DNA of 64,000 bases from a virus (taxonomy: Duplodnaviria > Heunggongvirae > Uroviricota > Caudoviricetes): IMG/VR virus record IMGVR_UViG_3300009709_000001, positions 32,001-96,000 of that record; one strand, written 5' to 3'. This document shows, one piece after another, positions 45,963 through 55,738 of the stretch. Numbering within the stretch: the stretch's first letter is position 1; each line of letters starts with the position of its first letter. The translations under genes and the position numbers were made by a program. Under the pieces are notes generated by a model. The model saw only the letters and a list, made by a program, of their open reading frames with translations. It searched no databases and was not told where the DNA came from.

Positions 45963-46334
45963 ATGATAAATTTAGACCAAATTCAGGAAAAATTCCCCTT
46001 TCTAAGCGGATTACGCTTCCAAAGTCAGGAGTTCATTGGCATTATCCAAAATTCTGATGACAAGATCATTAGTTTCTACGATTACGAGTCCATTAGAACG
46101 CCCGAGGAGAAGAAGCTGTTCCTCGAGCTGGGCGAAACGTGGTGGTGGGAGAGTAATCGACTATTGCCTATCAACATCTTCCTTCAAGGACAGATGCTAC
46201 CTTACAGATATTGTATGAAGACAGTAGTGAATAAGGATGTCGAAGTAATGTTCGGATCTGTTACCAGTCTAAACAATATTATGAAGAAAAGAATTAAGAA
46301 GCGCCAGATTCAGCTGGTGAGGAAATCGGATTAG
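45963..46334 (+). CDS. hypothetical protein
   Basis: FPFLS...GIIQN...LGETWWWESNR..PINIFL; own late motif. Confidence 0.75.
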   Translation: MINLDQIQEKFPFLSGLRFQSQEFIGIIQNSDDKIISFYDYESIRTPEEKKLFLELGETWWWESNRLLPINIFLQGQMLPYRYCMKTVVNKDVEVMFGSVTSLNNIMKKRIKKRQIQLVRKSD

Positions 46335-46509
46335 GTTCAAATTCTACCGTGGCGTAGGAAAACTCAAATCCGATAAGTCTAAACATAACAAGATCACTTT
46401 CGTCAATATTCGTTTGACGGCTAATCCCTGCATTATCTAACCAATTATCCATCGGAGTAGTATCTCCGGAATAACTTCCAATGGATTTAACATATCGAAA
46501 TTCATTCAT
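46294..46509 (-). CDS. hypothetical protein
   Basis: Coupled to the dnaE-like stop; DLVMFRL motif. Confidence 0.5.
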   Translation of the reverse strand: MNEFRYVKSIGSYSGDTTPMDNWLDNAGISRQTNIDESDLVMFRLIGFEFSYATVEFEPNPISSPAESGAS

Positions 46510-47092
46510 TTGACATTTTCTCGATTAGTAAATTCAAATTCACAATAATGGCCAGTGCATAAGAAATGGCGTGCCCACGCTTGAACTGGTACACATTATC
46601 TCCTTCCACTTTTGTCCACACTTCTTTCCTAACACGATCCCAATCGTGGCTCTGCAGGTAAGCTTTAGCTGGCCGGACAATAGCCAAAATCATTGCCAAA
46701 TCTTCAACACTTTCTGGTTTATATTTCTGTAAGAGATGACTGTAACCGTTAAGGTGAAAGAGTTGATCTGTAATTGCTTCGTACTGAAAGAAATCCCAAG
46801 GTGGTTCCTTATTAAGCAATTCGAGCAAATGTGCTTCGTCTCGAACCCCTTCATACATATTCACATTCAAGAAGTCAATCTTAAAGTAACCATAATCACC
46901 TGCAATCCTGTGATCAATGGTTGATACATTGGTTGTAGGATCCCGTGGAATATTCTGAAAGTAAACACCGGTGTTGTGTTTATCATACTTTCCACCTTCG
47001 CGATCAATTCGACCAAAGATACAATCAAAGGTCTCTACAATGTGGTCGCGGCCAAAGACATCGATATCAACATCAGCCTGAATTGGAATCAT
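46502..47092 (-). CDS. minimal DnaE/PolC-family (Pol III alpha-like) protein
   Basis: DVDID, KHNTGVY, YFKIDFL, AIVRP and FKRGHAISYA, all within 196 aa. Confidence 0.8.
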   Translation of the reverse strand: MIPIQADVDIDVFGRDHIVETFDCIFGRIDREGGKYDKHNTGVYFQNIPRDPTTNVSTIDHRIAGDYGYFKIDFLNVNMYEGVRDEAHLLELLNKEPPWDFFQYEAITDQLFHLNGYSHLLQKYKPESVEDLAMILAIVRPAKAYLQSHDWDRVRKEVWTKVEGDNVYQFKRGHAISYALAIIVNLNLLIEKMSNE

Positions 47093-47747
47093 AATAATAT
47101 TCCTGTGGAAATTTTTTCATTTTACCGTAAAATACTGTCCTAGTCACACCAATATTCTCTACCGCTTCTGTAATATTTGAAAATCTTCCAAATGGTGTTG
47201 TAACCGATTTTCCCTTAGTCTTACCTTTTAAGGATTTAGACCGTTTTAATTTTGTCTCTTCGGATTGTATTTTTCCCATGTGAGATATTGATTGCTTTAA
47301 TCGTGTTTCATCTGAGGGCGTTATTCCTTTGTTCCATGCTGGGCCAAGAATCCGACCTTTATTTTTTCCCATCATAGTTTCTCTTCTTTTAGAATTAGTT
47401 TCTTCAGAATGGGAACCAAGAATTCGACCTTTATTTTTCTTACTAATCAACATTTTGGACTCATCGGTATGTTTCAAACCCGATGACCTTTCACCGCCAT
47501 CTGTTCTATTTTGTAGAATACCGGTACCTAAATCTTTTCTCCCATACCAGCGAATATAACGGCGTTCAAGAGCTAGTGCACCTATATCCGATAGATTAGT
47601 TTCAAGAAAAATTATTCTGCATGGATCTGCCGGAATATTCAAATTGTGATTTTTAGCCCATGCCCGATTTTCTTTTCCTTTACCAATATAGTAGGGACTT
47701 CCGTCTTGTCGAAGATAGGCGTAGACATAATAGATATATTTTATCAT
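47073..47747 (-). mobile_element. GIY-YIG-like homing endonuclease inserted in the 5' end of the dnaE-like gene
   Basis: YVYAYLR...PYYIGKG...NRTDGG; NUMOD3 repeats; late motif at 47752-47759. Confidence 0.88.
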
Positions 47748-47757
47748 CTACTATTTA

Positions 47758-47793
47758 TCAAATGTCGACGTCAGCATCAATCTTCTTTATCAT
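47758..47793 (-). pseudogene. orphaned original 5' end of the dnaE-like gene
   Basis: ATG ATA AAG AAG ATT GAT GCT GAC GTC GAC ATT TGA = MIKKIDADVDI*, matching MIPIQADVDI at 47092. Confidence 0.75.
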
Positions 47794-48043
47794 TTTTTGG
47801 TGGATTCAGGGGAGGAATGTACGGACAGTAATAATAACCGGTGTCGACAGTAAGGTTTACACTTCGATAGGTAACGGTTGTATTATCTGGAGCAGGAAAT
47901 TTCAGCTTATAAGCGACTATATCTTCATCGCGAAGTAAAGTTACTACACCGGTATCGAAATCATAGTCGAAATTTTCTGTTCCGACTACTTCCATTAGCC
48001 AATCAGCTACTTCCCTTTTCGAAGGGCCAATTTTTACTTTCAT
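47777..48043 (-). CDS. hypothetical protein
   Basis: DIVAYKLKF; YYCPYIP. Confidence 0.6.
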   Translation of the reverse strand: MKVKIGPSKREVADWLMEVVGTENFDYDFDTGVVTLLRDEDIVAYKLKFPAPDNTTVTYRSVNLTVDTGYYYCPYIPPLNPPKNDKED

Positions 48044-48245
48044 TTTCTATCATCTGTTCGATTTTAGTTTTAGTTCTTACACCACCGAAAGTTAGAATAG
48101 CACACATTGCATCTTGTTCACTTTCGAATACGACTTTCCTAAATGGCCAATGATCGATATAGACATCGACACAGTTTGCAGACAGCCATGCTGAAACTTT
48201 TCTATATTCGGTAACAGTCATGGAGTTGAAAACCACTTCTATCAT
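48003..48245 (-). CDS. hypothetical protein
   Basis: Coupled ORF; FESEQDA motif. Confidence 0.6.
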   Translation of the reverse strand: MIEVVFNSMTVTEYRKVSAWLSANCVDVYIDHWPFRKVVFESEQDAMCAILTFGGVRTKTKIEQMIENESKNWPFEKGSS

Positions 48246-48943
48246 AGGTTTGCTGCTTTCATTACTTCGGTGATATAATTCATATCATCCTCAGCCTTCT
48301 TAAATTTTCTCATCCAGAAATTAGGGTCAATGATCTTACCAATCATTCTGCCATGGTCTTCGTTAAACTTCTGCACCAGGGCATCGCCTGTTAATGACAG
48401 ATATAGAATCCACGGACTAAGTCTTCCCGATCTAATGATATGAGCTGCTTCGTTTGCAGTAATTCGTTGAAAGAATTCATTAAATGGTACTTTATTCTTT
48501 TCGCACCATTCGGCAATTTCTGTAATCGATCTATCTGCGGCGGCGGTTGCTGGTTCTTTCTTGATTAAATCTTCGATGTAAATATCGTAGACATGATCTT
48601 TTGTCCAGTCCTTGAGATCAACTCCGTTCTTAATAACGAAATCGATATATTGTTCCATATGAACTGGTTTTAGTAATGCTAGATGATTACCGAATTTAGC
48701 AAAGTCGATGTAATATGGACTATTGATAAACTCATCAAGAGTCTTAGGTTTCTTTGCACCCATCGAAATCGCATAGAAGCGCTGATAGGCAAGAAAACCG
48801 AAGCGTGATCCAGCCAGACCGGAATCCATATGGCGTCTTTTCTTAACGCACATATGGGTGATCAGTGTTTGTTCTTTATGAAACTTTGTTTTACAGAACT
48901 TACATTCGTATTTCTGTTCCATTGCTTTCTTCTTTGCTTGCAA
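48242..48943 (-). CDS. C2H2-like zinc-finger hypothetical protein
   Basis: CKFC...F...L..H.C; F..SPYY..F.KF; G.LSPW. Confidence 0.75.
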   Translation of the reverse strand: MQAKKKAMEQKYECKFCKTKFHKEQTLITHMCVKKRRHMDSGLAGSRFGFLAYQRFYAISMGAKKPKTLDEFINSPYYIDFAKFGNHLALLKPVHMEQYIDFVIKNGVDLKDWTKDHVYDIYIEDLIKKEPATAAADRSITEIAEWCEKNKVPFNEFFQRITANEAAHIIRSGRLSPWILYLSLTGDALVQKFNEDHGRMIGKIIDPNFWMRKFKKAEDDMNYITEVMKAANL

Positions 48944-48945
48944 TC

Positions 48946-49500
48946 TTATTTACCCTTCGCATCTTTGAACAGCTCTTTGATTGATTTATCATCCATGCCG
49001 TTTTCTCTAAAGAATGCTTCCAGTTCTTCTTGTGTGTTGATCTGCAGAAGTAGTTCTAATTCGTCGTCTTTTAGCAACGGATATCTTTCGATAATGGCTG
49101 CCTCAACTTTATTCTTCTTAACGCCCTTCGGTGGAGCAATCCACGGATGGAATTGCTTACGGCCTGTCCCGCATAGTGCGAGCAACTTCCATTGCAATTC
49201 CGGGTGTTTTGTTAGATTACTGAAATTGTGGTTGACTAAGTCGTTTACCATCATCAAATGATGTTCTGGAATCGACTGCGATGAACTCATAAATCTCATC
49301 AAAACCCACAAACTGATTTCTTTCTTATGTTCATCCGAAAGATTCTTATAGAAAGACATATTGCAGGTGTCCATTGCCAACAATTCAGTTGGCAAACCAA
49401 GAGTGCTTTCTTTCTTTTTCTTCTTGGTTTCTTCTTCCTTAACTGCATCGGGATTCATTGCATAGAATCCATCGATCCAATCTCCAATATCGTTACTCAA
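48946..49500 (-). CDS. putative clamp-loader small subunit (gp62-like)
   Basis: WVLMRFMS...VN..VN...L..HPELQW.LL...KQFHPWI pattern; TTG start inferred. Confidence 0.5.
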   Translation of the reverse strand: MSNDIGDWIDGFYAMNPDAVKEEETKKKKKESTLGLPTELLAMDTCNMSFYKNLSDEHKKEISLWVLMRFMSSSQSIPEHHLMMVNDLVNHNFSNLTKHPELQWKLLALCGTGRKQFHPWIAPPKGVKKNKVEAAIIERYPLLKDDELELLLQINTQEELEAFFRENGMDDKSIKELFKDAKGK

Positions 49501-49996
49501 AGAGTGCTCCAATATCAATAACATCCGGTAGTTTGCTCACTTCTTTCACGAAAAGAACGCAATTTGGGTGGGGTGTGTCTTCGACAGGCACAACTAAGAT
49601 GTTACCGTTTTTAAGTTTCGGGAAAAACCACTTTACTTCGGCGTACACATTTGTGATGTTAATTTCTTGTGGACGCGGAACCATATGCCTAAGTGGATTG
49701 AAAACCATTGTATGGAATCCACGATCATTCAAACTGGTAAGTGGCATTAATTCAAGGTCACTGTAGTCCTCGTCACAGACAAGAATCGACCAGTCCAGTG
49801 GCATTTGAATCGTATAATCCCCAATTTTTAATACTACAGCAGGAGCATGAAAACTCTCAAGGAAAATCAAGGGAATAAAGAAATAGTCAGGATTCTTCGG
49901 ATCGGAGTAATCTAGAACACAATATCTAATATCCTCAATTTCATTAGGAATCTTGTCTAAGTTGTATGCACGGTTTTCGTTTGTTAAAATATTCAT
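49493..49996 (-). CDS. hypothetical protein
   Basis: MNILT...DYFFIPLIFLESF...KWFFPK; start re-called. Confidence 0.75.
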   Translation of the reverse strand: MNILTNENRAYNLDKIPNEIEDIRYCVLDYSDPKNPDYFFIPLIFLESFHAPAVVLKIGDYTIQMPLDWSILVCDEDYSDLELMPLTSLNDRGFHTMVFNPLRHMVPRPQEINITNVYAEVKWFFPKLKNGNILVVPVEDTPHPNCVLFVKEVSKLPDVIDIGALFE

Positions 49997-50325
49997 TTGA
50001 TTCCTAATACTTCTTTTCTGTAAATTTCCCATTCAGCATCAAGTTTACGCTGATCTAGCTTCACTGGTGCTTTGCCGATTGGAATCATATGTAAGCCAAC
50101 CCCACATCGCTGTAGATAATCGCAAAGCATATTATTCAGGCCGAGATTTCTGGTCGATAAAAACGAAATGGCAGTTGCTGTTTCCGAATCATCTTCGTAA
50201 ACGATTGCAAGCTTTGGACAAATGCCGTCATTAACCATTTCTAATTTAACGTCTAATTCGTTTGCGATCATGAATTCCCTTATCAGGGATTCGTAACCAT
50301 ATGAAATTATTGTGTTAATTCTCAT
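49993..50325 (-). CDS. hypothetical protein
   Basis: Coupled at both ends. Confidence 0.6.
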   Translation of the reverse strand: MRINTIISYGYESLIREFMIANELDVKLEMVNDGICPKLAIVYEDDSETATAISFLSTRNLGLNNMLCDYLQRCGVGLHMIPIGKAPVKLDQRKLDAEWEIYRKEVLGIK

Positions 50326-51785
50326 CAGTAATTCACCTTCTTTACTGTGAACGGATATTCAGCTTCAGCATAGAATTTCTTTCGTTTCGTTAAGTGCCGT
50401 TTTGAAAACTTACAGTTCGAACACACATCGTAGACATTAACGAAATCCTTATCAGGCGCAACACGAATGCCACGACCAATACTTTGAATAACTCTAACGA
50501 AACTCTTTCCTGCTTCGAACAACACTAGATTGAAAATCCGTACAATGTTAATACCAGTTGAGGCTACACCATATGTTGCGATGATAACCTTACCATCAAC
50601 CTCTTGAACTTCTTTGTATTCTTCCTTTCGGTCTTTCGACTTCATTTTGCCCGAAACAAAGATAGAATCTGGGATAAGTGATTGTAACATTTCACCAGTT
50701 TGAACGCGATCAACCAAAATGAGTGTATTGCCCGTCTCCGCCATTTCTACGACGGATTTCGCAATATGTTTCAATCTTGCTTGATTAGTGGTTAGCCACT
50801 TTAGCTCGGATTGATAATTATCGAATGCAACTTCGCCCAAATCTTGCATCTGCCATACGTTGATATGGAGTTGTGCAAGAATACCTTTTTCCTGAAGTTC
50901 TTTTGTATTGATCTTACCTAGCATCGGTCCAAGGCAAGCCATAACAGAAACTTTTTCAAATTCCTCCTCCGGCATTGTCCCGGTTAGCCCCCAACGAACG
51001 GGCGCGTTTCGAAGATATCCTGACAAAAGCTTTCTTAGGACGTCGGCCTTCGCCTTGTGCACCTCGTCGACGATGACGCAGACTACTCCATCGAAGAAAG
51101 CTTCGATATCGATATCAAGGTCTTCTTCTTTCGACCTCTTTGCTAGACTTTCTAAGCTTTGCCATGTGCAAATGGTATGAGTTTTACCATAGTCTTTTCT
51201 ATCTCCAAAGAATACCCCAACATCAAGCCCAAAGTTGATATAATCTTCTTCAGTTTGTGTGACAAGGTCTTTTGTAGGAACAATAACAATGCTTCGACCA
51301 TATAGCTCCACTTTGTTACTCAGAATTGCGGTAATGATTGTTTTACCTGCACCAGTTGGTGCAATGTTAATACCGGTTGGATTTTCCAGATAGGAATTGA
51401 TAACTTCTACCTGGTGATCACGAATCATGATAGGTTCACCGGCAAGTGGATGTCCTTTCGGCCACTTAATGTGAGAATAGCTATCTTCTTTTACAGCTTC
51501 GAATTCGAAAGTCTGTGAATTTTCTCGTAGATCTTCTACCTCAATTTCATATCCTGCTTCTTGCACAATTGGAAGAAGTTTGTCTAGAAGATTGATATAG
51601 GAACGTGCACCGATATCACAGAAACTTAACTTACCATTCCACCGGCCTAATTTGAAACTTGGCATGTGTCTTGCATAAGGAATTTCGTATTCCAATGCCT
51701 GAACAAGTTTTCTTCTTGTTGTGATATCTAAATCAAGAAATTTTATGTTAACTTCATCAAGTATCTGAAGTGTTGTCTTTGGCAT
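50325..51785 (-). CDS. uvsW: UvsW-like SF2 DNA helicase
   Basis: [32 protein letters not shown]. Confidence 0.93.
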   Translation of the reverse strand: MPKTTLQILDEVNIKFLDLDITTRRKLVQALEYEIPYARHMPSFKLGRWNGKLSFCDIGARSYINLLDKLLPIVQEAGYEIEVEDLRENSQTFEFEAVKEDSYSHIKWPKGHPLAGEPIMIRDHQVEVINSYLENPTGINIAPTGAGKTIITAILSNKVELYGRSIVIVPTKDLVTQTEEDYINFGLDVGVFFGDRKDYGKTHTICTWQSLESLAKRSKEEDLDIDIEAFFDGVVCVIVDEVHKAKADVLRKLLSGYLRNAPVRWGLTGTMPEEEFEKVSVMACLGPMLGKINTKELQEKGILAQLHINVWQMQDLGEVAFDNYQSELKWLTTNQARLKHIAKSVVEMAETGNTLILVDRVQTGEMLQSLIPDSIFVSGKMKSKDRKEEYKEVQEVDGKVIIATYGVASTGINIVRIFNLVLFEAGKSFVRVIQSIGRGIRVAPDKDFVNVYDVCSNCKFSKRHLTKRKKFYAEAEYPFTVKKVNY

Positions 51786-52428
51786 TTTTGTATCTCTCTT
51801 GTTGTGCCTGTTTCATTCGCTCAATCTGTTCAGAAGTCCTTGGACCAGTTTTCTTACCACTATTCCAAGATTTCCGACCTTTGTTATTTTCTGACATTTT
51901 CTTTAAGTGTTCTAGCTGCTTTTCAGTTGTTCCATAAGATTGTCTGATTTCTGATAATTTCTTTTTGGTTTCCGCAGAATGTTTATTATTGCCGTTGGCT
52001 ATACGAGATTCGGTTCTTTTTCTACTATGTTCTTCAGTTTGTCTGCGACCCTTTCCAGCTACAGAAAGCCTGAGTCTAGTTTCATCGGAAGTCTTTTTAC
52101 CCTTATTCTTTTCAGATAAAATCTTCTTAGCAGATTCGGGGAATATCAGCCCAACTGATCCTTCCCCACCGTCTGTTCTATTTAACAAAATTCCAGTATT
52201 AAGGTCTTTTCTTCCCCACCATCTTATATAGAATCTTTCTAAGGCAAATGCACCAATTTCGGTCAAATTATCCTCAAGAATAATTACTCTATTTTTATCT
52301 TTCGGTGTAAGATTTCGTGCATGTTTCTCCCACGCCCGATTTCCCGTGCCCTTACCTATGTAATAAGGCGTTCCTGCAACCGAAGTTGCAGAATCTTTTT
52401 CACGAATGTAGGCATAAATGTAGAACAT
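51757..52428 (-). mobile_element. free-standing GIY-YIG-like homing endonuclease
   Basis: YIYAYIR...PYYIGKG..R...E...NRTDGGEG; [10 protein letters not shown]. Confidence 0.87.
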
Positions 52429-52436
52429 TATTCTTC

Positions 52437-52898
52437 TTATAAGCTAGCGTCATCCAATCCGGCACATCGCAACTTTATAATATGACCGGTCATAAAGTTT
52501 TTCGCTTCAAAGCCTTTTGAAATTCCTAGGAATTTATTTCGTAGAAGTGCAACCTCATTGATAAGCATTGTCAGATCAACAATTGCCGGCACTCCATCGA
52601 CATACTTTTCGGCATCCCTTGAACTCAGAGCTTTCGCATAGGCTTCTAGAAATTTCTTAAATTCTATCGACCTTTCTTTTCTGAGTTTGATATTCAGATA
52701 TTCGAGCACGGCTTCAATTTCTTGTAATTGGCCGAATCTATGCTCGACTAGACCCGGTAACTCTGCAGCATGCCGTTCAAGGGATTTACCCTTGAGAGAC
52801 AACTCGAGTTTTGCCAGATCTAGTTCTTTCTCATAGTGGTCGATAAATCCCGCAACCTGTGTAAGGTCGGCGGTGACTTTATAGTACCAGTTACTCAT
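52437..52898 (-). CDS. uvsY: UvsY-like recombination mediator
   Basis: Helical; [12 protein letters not shown]; C-terminal KLRCAG; lies between uvsX and uvsW. Confidence 0.75.
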   Translation of the reverse strand: MSNWYYKVTADLTQVAGFIDHYEKELDLAKLELSLKGKSLERHAAELPGLVEHRFGQLQEIEAVLEYLNIKLRKERSIEFKKFLEAYAKALSSRDAEKYVDGVPAIVDLTMLINEVALLRNKFLGISKGFEAKNFMTGHIIKLRCAGLDDASL

Positions 52899-53203
52899 AG
52901 GCTGTGGACTCTTTTGATTCCGTTTTCTATAGCTAGAATTAGCATCGCAGCTTTCTGCGTGCGTGACATTACCGCTCTTCTAATCGCAAGTAGTTTTGGA
53001 GGGACCATAAGGTCTTCAGCCAACGCCTTGTGTACGCTGGTCAGATTGACTGGCTCAGTAATCCATAACACGTATTCCGCACCGACGCTTGTGTCTTTCA
53101 TGCCTTCTCGGAACTGTTGGATTTTCGCAATAGATTGCTGAGCATCCTTGCTTTTGATTGTTTCGAGCAGTTCTTGCCCGAATTCAGTAGCTGTCTTCGT
53201 CAT
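52895..53203 (-). CDS. hypothetical protein
   Basis: Start re-called at MTKTATE after GAGG. Confidence 0.6.
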   Translation of the reverse strand: MTKTATEFGQELLETIKSKDAQQSIAKIQQFREGMKDTSVGAEYVLWITEPVNLTSVHKALAEDLMVPPKLLAIRRAVMSRTQKAAMLILAIENGIKRVHSL

Positions 53204-53417
53204 AGTCTTCCTCTTCACCAAATTCAGCCAAGTGGCTCCGTGCTGCGGCACGAAGTTCCTTATCGAGATCCTGATCTAAAAGATCATCGTCAACAAGACC
53301 GAATTCATCAAACACAACAACCATGATGTCTGCAACTTCAAGCCGCTCCTTTGGAGGAATGTGCGACTTGATACGCGACCATAGTTCAATTAACAGTTCA
53401 TGATTTTCACTGATCAT
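53184..53417 (-). CDS. small acidic hypothetical protein
   Basis: Coupled to the uvsX stop. Confidence 0.7.
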   Translation of the reverse strand: MISENHELLIELWSRIKSHIPPKERLEVADIMVVVFDEFGLVDDDLLDQDLDKELRAAARSHLAEFGEEEDYDEDSY

Positions 53418-54496
53418 ACTGCTACTCCAGCCTGCTCCAGTTCTGCATCGGTGATTACGGCTTGCAGGTCGTCTTGAGTAAACTCATCCATAATCACTTT
53501 CATTTTATCGATATCGTTCCATTCTTTGCGGAAGTATTTCATTTCTTCCCCAGTCTTCTTACACTTGTACTTGTATCGATTACCTTCTTTTACCAATACG
53601 CCAGACTTCTCGAACAAGTCGAACAATCCAGAGATTGGATTCATACCCGACTCCCACGGAATATCGATCTTGATAGATTCGAAAGGCTTAGAGTAACGAG
53701 TCTTCACAACCTTACAGGTCGAACGAATACCCATAACATCAGATACCTTATTTCCGTCTTCGTCTTCCTTCAGCTTGTATTTCTTCATTGCAATAACGAT
53801 ACTTGATGCAAAGATGAAACCAGAACCACCGGAAATCTTGTCGTCAGGATCGAACATGTCCTGGCTTGCGTAGGTGTGGTTAGTAACAACCATGCCCATA
53901 TTCAAGTCACCAAACATATTCACACAGTTCGAAACAAAGGCCTTGAGTTGCTTAGCCTTACGTCCCATATCGCCCTTCATATCACCAGACTGGAATTGGT
54001 TAACTTCAGTCGGAGTAAGCAACATACCGATCGAGTCTACAATGAAGAGAATCTTAGGTCTGTCTTCTTTAGGAAGGTCGAGATAATTGGTTTTGTATTC
54101 TTTAACGAAGTCATGCACAATCGATGCAACTTCGTCGACAAGTGTTGCACCAATACGCAACATCTTATCTTCACTTGTGTCGACTCCAAGATTATGGAGC
54201 CACTTTTCATCAAGCGCATTTTCTGTGTCGATCATAACAACAAAAATGCCTTGATCTTGTGCCGCTTTGGCAATATTGCCCGAAACAATATATGATTTGC
54301 CCGATCCAGATTCACCTGCGAAAACCGTAACCTTACCCATAGGTACGCCACGATAGAAATCGCCACTGATAAGAAAGTTCAAGCCATATGATCCGGTGCT
54401 CACCCAGGTATCAGGATCGTTGAATCCTGTCGAAATACCTGTAATGTTCTTAGTGATACTCTTGCGAAATTTCGCAATGTCAAAAGGTCTGGTCAT
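53414..54496 (-). CDS. uvsX: UvsX/RecA recombinase
   Basis: STGS..LN..ISG, GESGSGKS, IDTE, VDS, NHTY, SGG. Confidence 0.94.
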   Translation of the reverse strand: MTRPFDIAKFRKSITKNITGISTGFNDPDTWVSTGSYGLNFLISGDFYRGVPMGKVTVFAGESGSGKSYIVSGNIAKAAQDQGIFVVMIDTENALDEKWLHNLGVDTSEDKMLRIGATLVDEVASIVHDFVKEYKTNYLDLPKEDRPKILFIVDSIGMLLTPTEVNQFQSGDMKGDMGRKAKQLKAFVSNCVNMFGDLNMGMVVTNHTYASQDMFDPDDKISGGSGFIFASSIVIAMKKYKLKEDEDGNKVSDVMGIRSTCKVVKTRYSKPFESIKIDIPWESGMNPISGLFDLFEKSGVLVKEGNRYKYKCKKTGEEMKYFRKEWNDIDKMKVIMDEFTQDDLQAVITDAELEQAGVAV

Positions 54497-54515
54497 AGGT
54501 TTCCCCTAAAGTTAA

Positions 54516-54545
54516 TTAGGGTAGCTTCGAGCTACCCTATTTTTA
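54516..54545 (-). terminator. stem-loop after ssb
   Basis: tagggtagct-tcg-agctacccta. Confidence 0.65.
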
Positions 54546-54558
54546 GTTTCTTATTTTC

Positions 54559-55584
54559 TTACTTATTGCGATTTCTGAGCATCGCCAAGATTTCTTGCGG
54601 TGACTTGCCAGTTGTGGCAGTTGCCTCTTCCTTGACTTCTACAGACGCTGGTTCATCTTCGCCGTCCCATGGTGCAGCTTCTTCAGCTACTGGGGCAACC
54701 GGTGCAGCCTTCACAGGCGCCGGTGTTGCTGGCTTCATCGCTGGTGCTGGTGCACGAGCTGGAGTATCGCTACCACCGGTATTCGAATCGAGTCCGTATG
54801 GCTTGTAGAATTGTGCCCAGCGAGCTGGATCATACAATTCACCGTCTAGCGATGCTTGGAACATCTCGAACATACCTGCGAGTTGTTCAGGGGTTGGCTT
54901 CTTAGGCAGATATGTAGATAAATCAACCAAACCATATTGGTTAATTGCATCCATCATTTCTTCAGTAAGACTAGATTCCTTACGTGCCCACTTCGATGTG
55001 CTGTAATCAGCAAATCCGCCCTTGCTGGTCTTAGCGACAATGAAGTCGAGACCGTTAGTGTAATCCACTGGGCTGTAGGTCAATTCCGGATCCATCAATG
55101 CAGCCTTGATGATCGTATAGATCTGTGGGGTGATGATGAACTTGCGAATTGGGTTTTCAGGAGTATCTGTTTCGTTGGAAGGATCCTGCTTAACGAAACC
55201 CTGCATGTAATAGGTGCGCTTCACCCAATACTTGCTCGCAATGGTCTTCAACGAATCATCTTTCCACCATGGACGTACTTCGTTAAGGATTGGGCAAGTG
55301 TTCTTGCCATCCCACATTTCGATACATGGAACTTGGACTTCGACTTCTTTATTCTCATCGTGTCCCTTAATACCAGGGAAGGTGAGCTTGATCATTTGCT
55401 TTTCTGCCCAGAAGAAAGTGTTATCTGGGTTTGCATCAGGAAGGAAGCGGAGGATTGCGGAGGTGCCTTCTGGGATATTCCACTGTGGATACACAGTCTT
55501 ATCCTTGTTGCCGGAGCCGGCTGGTCCCTTGCGGACTTCTAAGGCTTGGAGTTTCTTGCGGATTTCTTCTAGAGTTTTTGACAT
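54559..55584 (-). CDS. single-stranded DNA-binding protein (gp32-like)
   Basis: LRFLPD, CPI, YW.KR, G.DF...K....ADY.TS.W; low-complexity acidic tail. Confidence 0.85.
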   Translation of the reverse strand: MSKTLEEIRKKLQALEVRKGPAGSGNKDKTVYPQWNIPEGTSAILRFLPDANPDNTFFWAEKQMIKLTFPGIKGHDENKEVEVQVPCIEMWDGKNTCPILNEVRPWWKDDSLKTIASKYWVKRTYYMQGFVKQDPSNETDTPENPIRKFIITPQIYTIIKAALMDPELTYSPVDYTNGLDFIVAKTSKGGFADYSTSKWARKESSLTEEMMDAINQYGLVDLSTYLPKKPTPEQLAGMFEMFQASLDGELYDPARWAQFYKPYGLDSNTGGSDTPARAPAPAMKPATPAPVKAAPVAPVAEEAAPWDGEDEPASVEVKEEATATTGKSPQEILAMLRNRNK

Positions 55585-55702
55585 GATTTTATTTTTCCTA
55601 TGCTTTCGTTTTTATAAGAATGCTTGTTTATCGAGACACACATCTACTAGGGTCACATTACTCCCTTTCGCATGCTTTCCTGATTGGGTATCAACAGTGT
55701 CT

Positions 55703-55731
55703 ATTGTATGATACCCTTTTTCGTTTGTCAA
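55703..55731 (-). promoter_or_regulatory. sigma70-type promoter for ssb
   Basis: TTGACA-N17-TACAAT, with a leader of about 110 nt. Confidence 0.75.
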
Positions 55732-55738
55732 GAACTTC

